In this document: positions 13,260 to 25,225 of the stretch, piece by piece
How positions within the stretch are numbered: position 1 is the first letter of the stretch
Layout: each line of letters begins with the position of its first letter
Source of the DNA: the human T2T-CHM13v2.0 reference genome, Homo sapiens
DNA length: 64,000 nt
NCBI RefSeq assembly: GCF_009914755.1
Contig: NC_060936.1
Strand: one strand, 5' to 3'
Made by a program: the position numbers and the translations under genes
The notes under the pieces: generated by a model
What the model was told of the DNA's origin: nothing
Seen by the model: only the letters and a program-made list of their open reading frames with translations
Database searches by the model: none

Positions 13260-14950
13260 TTCCTTTCCCTTCTTTTGTGACATCTGTAAAAGAGATTGTT
13301 TATTCTTGGCTTTAATTTATCATATCATATTCACTATTCAACCAACTCCAATCTTGCTTCTATCCTCAAAACCATCATATTCCAAATCCAGTGGATGTTT
13401 CTTGGAGCTAATGTTGCTTGACCTCCCAATACTACTGGATCTTCACTTGGCTTCCATGATATCAGGGTCCCCTGGAATTTCTCCTTTCTTTCTGACTCTA
13501 CCTCAACCTCCTTTTCTGGCTCTTCCTCTGCTCATTCTCTATGCGTTTGTTTTCATAGCTCTGTCCCTGCCACTCTTCTTTAGCCCTATTCACTCCCTAA
13601 GTGTTGTGTTTAATCTCATCCCTTTACTGGTTGTAAAATTCTTAGAATTCTTAAAATTCTTAAAGCTAATCATTTCTGCCCCCCACCAAAAAGAAAATCT
13701 GTAGGCTGGTGACCTCTTGGCTGACCTCTATCAAGTTTTGCATTTCTAACCTTCTATTTTGTACTTGTACTTGGATATTTTTAATATACATTTTAATTTT
13801 AATATGCCTATATGGCAAGTGTTAATTTCCCTCTCATAACTTGCTTCTTAAGAAGTTTCTCTAATTTCAGTAAATTACTTCATAATTTACCCACAGTTTT
13901 ATCCATAAACCTAAGAATCATCCTTGATTTATTTTTCTCACACTTTCATATCCCTTTTATATACAAGTTCTATATTTTCTACCTCCACAACATGTATTCC
14001 AAAGTCATTTACAGCTCTTCTTTCCCTGTGTGTACCATCCCAGTGTAAGCCATCATCATCTATTGCTTATAATCGTATTTCCACATCAACTGGCCCATTT
14101 CTTCTTCTCCAATCTCATTTCAAAGCACCTCCCCCGTTCACCCACACAACGCTGCCTCCATTGGCCTCTTTCCTAGTCCCCAAGCAAGCCATGCTCTTTG
14201 CTGTCCACAGATTTTGCTTTTCTTTCTTCTATTGAGAATGCCTGGAATACTAATTCCTGCCCAGCTTCTCCCATTACTTCACCTTATCCTTCAAGACTAC
14301 CCTCTGTTTTTAACCTTCCCTAAAGTAGCCCACCACTTATCCTATCACATCACCTTGCTTACTTTTACTTAACAATTTAAAACATTCTGTAGTTACAGTA
14401 GTCCCTGCTTATCCACGGTTTCACTTTCCATGGTTTCAGTTACCCATGGTCAACTACAGTCTGAAAATATTAAATGGGAAATTCCAGAATTAATAAGTTT
14501 AAATTGTGAGCTTTAAATCTGAGTAGGGTGTTGAAATCTCTCACTGTCCAGCTCCAGCCCACCCAAGACATGAACCATCTTTTTGTCCAGCATGTCCATA
14601 TGTAAACACCACTCTCCCATTAATCAGTTAGTAACCATCTTGGTGAACAGATAAAAAAAAATAGTATAATAAGGCATATACGTATCAGTGGTTTCAGGCA
14701 TCCACTGTGGGTCTTGAAACATGCTCCCCCACCCCACACACACCTATGATTAAGGGGTAACTACTGTGTCTTATTTATCTATTCATCAGTTTACTGTGTA
14801 CCTTAACTAGTAGGTAACTTAGATCAAAGCAGAGACCATGTCTTTTCAGTGCATGGCTGTGTCCCTTGAAATACAAGGATTGTGTGTCTCATAGTAGGCA
14901 CTCAATAAATATTTGCTAAACAACAGAATGAATTGATAATTAAGTGAATG
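13260..14950. mobile_element. Degraded L2 fragments (interrupted by MER44)
   Basis: Pyrimidine-rich L2-like text ending in atagtaggcactcaataaatatttg...gaatgaat. Confidence 0.55.
14396..14766. mobile_element. MER44 (Tigger7-derived) DNA transposon relic
   Basis: Terminal inverted repeats cagtagtccctgcttatcc and gattaaggggtaactactg, preceded by TA. Confidence 0.8.
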
Positions 14951-15145
14951 ACTGATGTCAAATTCCATTGAGATTCCCAAACCTTTTCATACATCTTTAG
15001 CCATCAGTGATAGACTGATGGCTAGTTACCCAAGAAAAGTTTTCTGATTTATTCTTTTACTTTTGATTCTGCCTTGGACTATTGATTGTTTTCATTAATA
15101 ATAATAATAACATGTTACTTTGGGCAGCTAGTAGGAAAAGCAAGG

Positions 15146-15240
15146 CCAATGATGCTGACACATTCTGAAGGCCTCCTGGGTGATGCAATCAGTATTTAAA
15201 CAAATAATTTCTGCCCATCAATCATTCCTCTACTTCCTGC
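15146..15240 (+). promoter_or_regulatory. SPX: SPX proximal promoter: CCAAT, C/EBP-ATF element, TATA-like box
   Basis: CCAAT 15146-15150, TGATGCAAT 15181-15189, TATTTAAA 15193-15200 and forkhead-like AAACAAATA 15198-15206, about 250 bp upstream of the SPX ATG. Confidence 0.6.
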
Positions 15241-15439
15241 AATGAAGCTCCCTGGAGGAGTCATCAGATTCTCAATCTTGCTTGAAGACTGACAAGATGT
15301 CCCTGTGGACTCCCAAACTCTACTCCAGATGGGGAGGTGCCCTTAACACCAAGATTTTAAAAGCTCCAATTTCAGAGCAAGAGTCGAAAACTCACAGATA
15401 AAGTTATAGTTATTTCAGGGTTCTGAAAAGACGCAGAAC

Positions 15440-15445
15440 ATGAAG
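15440..15445 (+). CDS. SPX: SPX exon 1 coding part (MK)
   Basis: aacATGAAG followed by a GTAAGT donor; joins exon 2 in frame. Confidence 0.92.
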
Positions 15446-15852
15446 GTAAGTAAAGGCTTTATTAACTTGAGACTTCTTAGCTATTTTTTAAAACGTTTTA
15501 TAGCATTTTACCTATTTCATGTTTAATAAGGATTTTAGAGTTTAAAGGATATTTGAACGATACGCCTTTAGAATAACAGAATCATTTGATTTTACTAAGA
15601 AAAAAATTCACGTATTTACTTATTCTTCATTTGGGTGAAGTAATACAAATAATATGTTTCTAAATACGTTTTTTCAAGTGGACTCTTTGTGAATTAACTA
15701 GAAGGTAGAAGGGAAACACCTCCAGAAAACTGAGTATTAAAACAGAATATTGCGAGAAGTAAGGGGGTTTATAATTGTCCAGGCGTCAAGGAAGGAAGCA
15801 GAAGATCCTATTGGCACAGAAATGACCCTTTCTGGTTGATCGCTTCATATAG

Positions 15853-15933
15853 GGACTCAGAAGTCTGGCAGCAACAACCTTGGCTCTTTTCCTGGTGTTT
15901 GTTTTCCTGGGAAACTCCAGCTGCGCTCCGCAG
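15853..15933 (+). CDS. SPX: SPX exon 2 (signal peptide)
   Basis: AG/GT bounded, 81 nt; GLRSLAATTLALFLVFVFLGNSSCAPQ. Confidence 0.96.
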
Positions 15934-16101
15934 GTAATCAAATGCAAAATAAAAAATTTTAAAACAATGCGCACTGTGTGTCCACTCTGCTCTTTCTTTC
16001 TTCCTTCTTGTTTTATTCTCTTCTTTTTCCTTTATTTTGCTGTAATAGAGGACTGAGCTGCAATGTTTTATTAACTGCTCTTCCCTTCCCCCGGGCTATA
16101 G

Positions 16102-16159
16102 AGACTGTTGGAGAGAAGGAACTGGACTCCTCAAGCTATGCTCTACCTGAAAGGGGCAC
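16102..16159 (+). CDS. SPX: SPX exon 3 (RR site and most of mature spexin)
   Basis: RLLERRNWTPQAMLYLKGA plus C; the mature peptide starts at AAC 16120; GTAAGT donor. Confidence 0.98.
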
Positions 16160-16409
16160 GTAAGTTCCAAATATTTCGCTCTTCCTACAATAATGGAAGA
16201 CCCCTAGGAGTCAGGAACAGATAGATGGAGAGTTATGGAGAGAGAATAATGTCGAGTTTATTCCCTTAAATCATCGAGGCCATCAAAGAGACCGGTAGGT
16301 GAGGGAGGGGTGGGAGAGGGGAAGAGTCCCTGATTATTGGAAATCCTCCATCCTTATTAGAAATTCTCCATCCAAAACTGGAGGGTTGCTTCTCTTGGTC
16401 CAAATGGGG

Positions 16410-17100
16410 ACTCGGGTTGCCTGGGAAATATCTCAGTAACCCGACCTCCGCTCCAAAGCGCCCTTGCGGCGTCCGGTCAGGCGCGGGGCTTTCCTCCAGA
16501 GCTCCAGGGCTCCTGGCTCAGCCCGGGGTTGCGCTGGGAGCGCTGGAAACTCGGCAGCCCCGCGCGACCCTATCCTGGAGCAACCTGCCCCCTCCCCACG
16601 CCCGGGGACTGCGCTGTGCCGGGAGGAGCTGAGGTTTAAGCGCGGGTTGTCCCGGGCCAGGCTGTCGCTGAGCCCCAGGTCTCGTTTTTGCAGAGGGTCG
16701 CCGCTTCATCTCCGACCAGAGCCGGAGAAAGGACCTCTCCGACCGGCCACTGCCGGGTGAGTGACCAAGGGTGCAAGGGCGCTAGTCCTGCGCTTTTGGA
16801 ATAGGATGGGGCGGGCAGGGCTTGCTCCGCGCTGGTGCCGAAAGAAAGCGTCTCCTCACCGGAAAGACGCGGCTCTGAGGCGCCCTCAGATACAGTCCGC
16901 CCGAGGGCAGCCCGGGTTGGCAGCAGCAGCAGCTGGATGCCGAGCGCCGGAGCTGGGAGCTCGCGCGTCCAGCCCCGCGCCAATGGTGGCAAGGGCGGCC
17001 CAGGCTGGCGCTGCGGCTCCCCAAGCCTTATTGGCTTGCGGCTGTTCAGCCAGCCCTCTGGCTGCCAGGGTGTGCAGAGGTCCCCAGGGAGTTAGGACCT
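16410..17100. promoter_or_regulatory. Intragenic CpG island covering SPX exon 4
   Basis: Abrupt GC- and CpG-rich block (many CGCG, GCGC, CCGG) in an otherwise AT-rich, CpG-depleted window. Confidence 0.9.
16694..16756 (+). CDS. SPX: SPX exon 4 (Q-GRR amidation/cleavage site)
   Basis: 63 nt, phase 1-1; (Q)GRRFISDQSRRKDLSDRPLP; tttttgcag acceptor and GTGAGT donor. Confidence 0.97.
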
Positions 17101-17967
17101 GAGGTGCAGCTCAGAGGGGTAAGGCGAGATAGGAAGAACTATGCAAATGCTTCTAGAAATGTATCTGCGCGTTTGTGCAGGAACTTTACTCAGCCTCCTC
17201 TTAAACGCTGTTATTATTAAAATAAGAACTTACCTAGGAACTTCAAATGTATGCTTTTGTTTTACTAGAAAGAACTATCAAAGGTTCAAAATCAAAAGAG
17301 TAACATGCGGGCAGTTAAGGATGGGACCGGGGACTGTTCTTTTTCATGATAAACCTTTCCATCGTATTGTATTAACAAATAACAATACAATTTGATGAAA
17401 TTGTAAAGATTGAAATGCTAAAATTAAAAAGTATACTTACTTGGAAAAATACCAAACACTGTTGAACACATAGTAGGTGCTTAAATTTTTGTTTAGGCTC
17501 TTCAAACATGCTGTGTAATTGAGCTTATTTATTTTATGAGGTTAAGATTTGTTTCTCAACTTCAGTTGCCCCAAATTAGAAATCATGTTTTGTGCTGAAT
17601 CAGAACAATTTGTCTTTTTTCAACTTAGATTTGAAATAACTTTGAATTCTTAGCAGATACTCCTTCAGTCAAATAATTACCTTATATTTGGCCGCAAAGG
17701 TTAAATTATTATCTAAAATTCTCTTTGGCATATAGTTTAACATTCTCTTCCATACCCTGTTTGTAAACTTGACATAACCAATTGTAAGTCATTTCCAAGG
17801 CAATTGTGACATGTTAAAAAATTAGTCTTCTGTGTAAGTAGTCCTTTGTTGAGGGGTCAAAATCTATTTCATAGAGGTTTTTCTAGTATTGCTGCATGTT
17901 AGAATAGGACTTATCTACATCAATATATAAATGCTAAGAGAATCTGTATACATTTTTGTTTCTGCAG

Positions 17968-18051
17968 AAAGACGAAGCCCAAATCCCCAACTACTAACTA
18001 TTCCGGAGGCAGCAACCATCTTACTGGCGTCCCTTCAGAAATCACCAGAAG
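17968..18051 (+). CDS. SPX: SPX exon 5
   Basis: 84 nt, phase 1-1; (E)RRSPNPQLLTIPEAATILLASLQKSPE. Confidence 0.96.
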
Positions 18052-20103
18052 GTACTAGCATAGTGGCCTCTTTCACCTGCATAACAGAACAGCTTTGCTT
18101 ACTTTCGGGATTCTGTGTTGAGTGCAACACCCCTCCCCCAGAATTTCTTGGCCTTAGGCCCAGAAATTCTAATTCTGTACTGCTTGAGTGAGGCCCAAGA
18201 ATCTCTGTCCTTAAGAAGTTCTTCCACATTATTCTGATGATTGGTCAGGTTTGAAAACAGGAACTTCAGAGTCCGTTAATAAAGGTTGAAATCATGAGAA
18301 TGGAGATACCTTCTAGGGCTTAGATATAGTGGGAAAAGGGAAGACAATAAAACACCCAAAAATCAAGGGAAATGGGGGGAAATAGTACCAGTGAAGGGAC
18401 ATTAAAAGGAGCAAGCAGAAAGGTAAGAGGAAAATCAGAATAAGAGAGTATCCCAGAATTCATTCAGTAGCTGATGCTACTGATCCCGCTCCTCTTGAAA
18501 CTTTCCAGGGATGGAAACTATCAGAATGGTTACTATAGCAGAATGGTTAGTAAGAATACAGAACTCAGGGGACATTAAACAGTGTGTCACAGGACTTCCC
18601 CCCACCTCCTGCCCAGTGACACAGCTTGCTGCTGCTATTCCATATCTGAAACTTTGTTTACAGAATGTGATACAAGAAAGTAAACTGCAAAGTTAAGAGA
18701 AAGCAGGTCTCAGGCTCTGGAGAGCTGGCATGACTCTCAGAACTCTTGCAGTGAAAAGGTGTGAAATAGTTGAATAACGGGTAGAGGATGCTGTATCCAA
18801 GGTGTTCTTTTTAAAACCCAAGACATGGAACCCAGCGATTTTTGGAGTCAGTACGAAAAGAGCTCTGATGGAGATTGGTTGATAGTGACGTTTTAGATTT
18901 GATTGTTGGGAAAATGTGCAGAGCCAGAAAGGAAAGTGACTTATAATGGACAAGAGAGAGCTAATTTTAAAGAGGAGAGGTATCTTCATTAGCAATTTGA
19001 GGAAAGGATGTGATTATAGGTCCCCATCTCAAGTCTTTTTTGGAAAATAAATATGTATTTTTTTAATTATTGAAGTTTTCTAAGTGGATTGTCTCTGAAG
19101 ATGAAATGACTAATTTTATTAGTCTAAATTGATAGAAAAGTTTTTGATTCCCATATGATAAATTAATCACTAGTCTTCTTTAGTATTTTTATTCTATACT
19201 ACCTCATTATTATTTAGAAGGCTCTTATTTAGTGAATTATGGTTTCAGTGGAATTTATACAGGGACGCCGTTCTGGTTTGGTTTTGTTTTGTTTTGTTTT
19301 CTTCCTTCCCTTTAAAGAGAAGCCCATTTTCTGCAATGGTTTAAAGTGTGCTAGAAATTCAGGTTAAGATGTAACCCAAACATTCAAATTATATTGCAAC
19401 TAACTGAAAGAATGTGCTTTTATCTAGAGGTGATCTTAGAAGAAATTAGTAGATGCACTTTGCCCCTGGCCACTGCTTCTCCCTACCGTATTGTAACTTT
19501 TAGTCATTCTATCCTATTTTTAGAGTCCCAGGAACCTGCTATTGTCTAACTCTTTAAGTATCCCCACCTCAGAAGTGATACCTCATGCTCTAAAGTTTCG
19601 CGATCCCAGCCAGCAAACGAGTGCCTCTTCTTTTTGTCTCATTTCCTCCCCAGAACTCTAGCTCCCCTAATAAAAGAACATTTGCAAATGTGTTCCCATG
19701 TCATCTTTCCCGAGCAAGATCCATTTTAACAGGAAATATAAAGAGACAGTCCTTTGATGCAAGTGAATTATTTTAATGGTGGGTATTTTAGATATAAGTC
19801 AATCTGTGAGAGCAAGACACATGACTTTTGAGATTTTTACCAGACATACCATACTGTAGTTTCAGTCATTATAGAGGTTCAGATGTAAAATATGAATTCC
19901 CCAATGTGTCCCAAGCTGAGAAAAAAAGATTTTAAACTGAGCAAATCAAAGCCCATATTGTTTAAATTTTCAGTAGCAGAGTCCATAAGTTAACATAGCT
20001 TAGAAGGCTAAATGTTTATTTCCTGAGATTCTCTTTGTCTTACCTTTTCCTCTATTAAAACGCAGAGTGTATATTTATTTTAAAGAATTTTTTTTTCTTA
20101 CAG

Positions 20104-20162
20104 ATGAAGAAAAAAACTTTGATCAAACCAGATTCCTGGAAGACAGTCTGCTTAACTGGTGA
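20104..20162 (+). CDS. SPX: SPX exon 6 coding part
   Basis: (D)EEKNFDQTRFLEDSLLNW then TGA. The six exons sum to 351 nt, giving 116 aa plus stop. Confidence 0.96.
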
Positions 20163-21925
20163 AAATATACTGGATTATGTTTAATTATGGTTCTATTCTC
20201 TTTGAAAACATGAACCATGTGAATAAAACCTTTGGACCCTTTTATTCCATTTGTAATCTTAAGAACACACACAGATAGTTTTATTCTTTCAGAAACAAAA
20301 TATATATAGGATGCTTAGCTGAGAACATCATCTTCTTTCATTGCTTCAGGTCCTGTTTAGATGACCAAAAATGTTTTCAGATCACCTTGTGTCTTACTCT
20401 TGAGTTTCTTAGAATATTTATAATTATAAGGCTGAAGACTAAAGTGTTCTTTCCTTTTAACTATAGCCAGTACCTGTCTTGATCTTAGTTGTGTTTTTTT
20501 TTTTCATTTTGTTACCCACTTGCATTTTGTTTTCACTCAGCAGAAATTCTCCTTCTCTGTTTTCCTTTTATCCCATCCCCAAGAATGTGGAAGGAAGGTG
20601 AGAAACATGGCAGGATGGGAAATAGGAGAGTATGACTCTCTATAGCTCATCCAGGAGTAATCAATTAAGAAGATAAATTGGATGACTGTGGAGAAGCTCT
20701 GTGATAGGAACACTTCAGTGTGGTTGCTGAGAGGAGACAGTCATTGAGGTAGAAGGTTTGCCAAAGATCCAGAGCTCAGAGCTCCCTTTGTGCTCTTTGG
20801 GAATTACCTTGCATTCAGTTTAGAAACATGGATCTAAAAGTTACTGGGAAATAAGCAGATGGAGACACACTCTGTTGTTTACGTATTGGAAGAAGGGAAC
20901 AAGCCAGTTTTGTTAGAGGTAACTCATTTTCCATGACCAAACAGACTCAACAGATTCAAGTACTCTGCTTACTCTAATTGACTAGACTCTAGGTTTTATT
21001 TGACATCATAGCATTACATAAATCACTCTGATAACATAAGTGCACAGTAATATGCCTGATCTCTTCCTTTTTAAAAGCCAACTTGAGTTCAGTACCATCT
21101 GAATACACACACATGCACATATACCCACACACGCATACACACCTACTCCTGTGGCAAACATAATAATGTATTTATTTAGAATTATAATATGACCATCATG
21201 TTAATTATTTTTTACCTAATCAGAGTTGTTATTGACAAATGTCATAAGTGGAAAGTATTAATTCTTATTGTCATCAGTATTTAGCCATTATTTAGTAGCT
21301 CAAGAATATCTTTATGTGAATGTCTCTGTAACTTGGAATTGCAATTTCACTGTGTTAAGTAATCAGAACTCTGCTTATAAGATTTATCTGTATCTTGTTT
21401 CATAATTTAATAATGAAACTAAATTCAAGTTAATGTAATGTTGATCTCCGTCGAAAAATAACTTGTGAGCATTAAAATATCTGTATGGCATTATAATAGG
21501 CACCTGTCATTAATTATGATTTGATTTGAAAGTAGACTTACTAGGTAGTGCTTACATCTGATTTATTGAAAATTTTTTCCAAAAGCATTGTCTTTTATTT
21601 ATACAGTCCTAACCACTTCACCATTAGGAGGGGTGGGACATTAAAAATTATTTACCCATCAGACATAAAATTGTACAAATTGACTATTCAAAATAGTATG
21701 TGTATTCAAAGAACACTTTTAACATCTATCTTATGAAATAATTCTTCCTACAACTAACCAGAACAATCTCAAAAATGTCATACTAACCATTGTTTTAAAA
21801 GCTGTCTCAATGATCAATAGCTGTTAAAATATAGCTCCAAGTATTCTAAGTACTCAAATTCCTTGAATGTTCTTATGTACAAATATGCTGATTAATTAAA
21901 AGGTCCCTCTTCCCAATTTTCTATA
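20163..21925 (+). other. SPX: SPX 3'UTR with alternative poly(A) signals
   Basis: AATAAA 20222-20227; ATTAAA 21471-21476 and 21895-21900. The distal end is inferred. Confidence 0.55.
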
Positions 21926-23056
21926 ACTTTCCAACTCTCTTATGGTGTCTATATTCTGTTTATTTCTAGATTTTTAAAAAACCAAAATGAACAAGTGATC
22001 ATAGATCAGAAAACCTTCACATTATATGGCTTGTGTTTTAAAATTGGGAATTTTCTGGCTTCAACACACAGATACATGCACTAGAATACCTTGATCTGCA
22101 GGGAGCGCTTTCAGCCACTTTCTGCACAGTTCTCATTGCCCTTCTCTTTTTTGCCTCTATAGCCTACCTCGGCTATCTGGCCTCCATCCTGGGCTCTTAA
22201 TTATTCTTTGTTTTCCAGTAGTTGCCTTCGCTCCCTCAATACCATCATTGTGTTCCTAAGAGAGGAGAGAAGAAGGCGAAGTGACCCTGGCTTGTTCAGA
22301 TTAGCCTCCAGCTTGCATTTCTTCTTTACCTGGTTATGATAAATGAAAATGTGTATCTTACAATCTTGAATTACATTATTTTATCTTGACCACAAAGAAA
22401 GGGAAGTTGGGAATGTAACTTCATTCTGTTCGGTCGCTTCATACTGGGCTATAAATTCCTTTAGAAAGAGCTCATTTTTAATTTGATTTGATCCTCACAA
22501 CAACTGTGTGAAATGGGCCATTTTATTGCCCTTAGTACTCATAGAAATTTGGGTTCATTCCGTGAAGACTCTTCGGACCTCCCTAAGTAGACTTAACTAG
22601 TCCCCCTCCTGAGTCTTCCTTGTACCCTGGAAAACTATTAGTATAACACCTTGTAACATTTATGTTCTCATCTGCATATATAAAACCAGTTCTGTTCACT
22701 CTAACTCTTACTATGGAAGAGACAGTAGTATCTTGATCAGTTCAGGCTGCTAAAACAAAATACCACAAACTGTGTGGCTTATAAACAACAGAAATTTATT
22801 TCTCACAATTCTGGAGCCTGAGAAGTTCAAGATCAAGGTGTCAACAGAATCAGTGTCTGGTAGAAGGCCCATTTCTCATAGATGGCGCTTTCTTGCTGTG
22901 TCCTCACGTGGTGGAAAGGGCAAGGCAGCTCTCTGGGGCCTCTTTTATAAGGGCAGTAATCCTATTCATGAGGGCTCTGTCCACATGATCTAATCACTTC
23001 CCAAAGGCTCTGCCTCCTTTGTGGATACCATCACATTGGGGATTAGGATTTCAATA

Positions 23057-23679
<623 letters not shown>

Positions 23680-25062
23680 TATATGAATTTGGGGGGCACA
23701 CAAACATTCAAACCATAGCAGGTGGTACAATCCATAAAACGGGTCTTTCTCTCAGCTGATCAGGCACCACACACGTTTTCTATAGTTCCTGTCCTTCAAT
23801 TTATGAATTCATACATTCTTTAAAAGCAAAATTTTTTGAACCTCTATGTCTCCCAATAAGACCATTTATCTATGCAACTATTATGTACAAGGCACTGTAC
23901 TAGACACAGAGCCTTCTACTAAAAATCATATTTGCTTCTCCTCACCAGCTTTTGTCGGTCTTGGGGAAAAGGATGAAGAAATGACTACAGTGGAGGGATG
24001 GAGTCACCTGGCAGCAGCTGTCTGAATAGGGGACTGCGTACAGGATAGAAGGTGATTCCTACACATACTGCCAAAGCCAGGTATTTGTAAGTCAGCTAAA
24101 TTCCATGTGCCCTATCATTTGTACACACTTATTATCATCAAATTATTATTTCATTGAACAAAAAGCACTTACATCTTCAGGTATTTTACTGTGTAGGCAT
24201 GTTTTCAATAACAGTCAAGCAACCAGTTACCAATCAAGAGTATCATTTGAATAGACACGTTAAGCTAGTTTACTGGGGATACATTTTCATGGTTATTGTA
24301 ACAGTGAACCCTAGTTTATCACAGTATCTTTCTGGTACTTCAGGGAATGAGCCTATAATATAAGTCCTTCTCATATTTTTTCTACTCTCCAGTACAGAGC
24401 ATTTCAAACTGCTCTGCAGATGCTCGGTTAATTGGCATCCACAGGGCATTTGTCAAAGGCTAGATTTTAGGTCAATTATTTCTCTTCTTTCTGGACATCT
24501 AAGTAAAGTAAATTTCCAGCTATCTTCCATTTTTGTCTGATTTGCTGCTTGTATCCAACAGTTTTCTACTTTTTTCTAGCTACTGCAGCAATAGGAGGGC
24601 TGGATTACAGTTTTCCAGTGGTCTTGAACCACCTGACACCTTGTCGTTGCTGCTATTCCATTTTTGTGATCAATAATCCAGCACTGAGAAGACCAAAACT
24701 TTTTTAGAACCTCTTCAGAACAAGGCCAATTGATATGTCAATAAAGGAACTCACTGTGAGTTAAGTGGAACTCACAATGAATAACTACTTAGTTAGCAAA
24801 AAAGCAATCCAAGAGTGTGATTTTTGTTTTTGTTTTGTTGCCAATTTAGACTTAATTACACTTAAAACATAAATCGGCTAAATTAATAATCATTCATCTA
24901 TGACTCTATGCACATCACAGAATATGTTGAGACATTTTCATTATTACAACTGAATAGATGTTCTATTTTTTCTAACTATTTTTTAAAAAGATAGCTTCTC
25001 TAGGAATTATTCATAACAGCTGCTTCCCACATGTTATTCGAATGTCTAAACAATTTTTAAAG

Positions 25063-25225
25063 AAGGCATTATCAGTGAAAGTTGTTATTCAATATTAATG
25101 TGTTTATTTACTTGGATTTAACAACTTATCATCTATGAAGAAACAAGGCATTACCAGTGAAAGTTAAGTTATTAAATATTAATGTGTTTATTTACTTGGA
25201 TTTTACAAGTTATCATCTATGAAGA
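25063..25225. repeat. Two-copy ~82-bp tandem duplication
   Basis: Units 25063-25141 and 25145-25225 align with a few substitutions and one 2-nt indel. Confidence 0.93.

Noticed and set aside
13306-14235. Hydrophobic ORFs resembling membrane proteins
   Set aside because: These are translations of pyrimidine-rich degraded L2 sequence, with no splice or family evidence.
16417-17102. Cluster of overlapping 60-120 aa ORFs on both strands
   Set aside because: Expected from stop-codon scarcity in a CpG island; only the 63-nt SPX exon 4 has splice and homology support.
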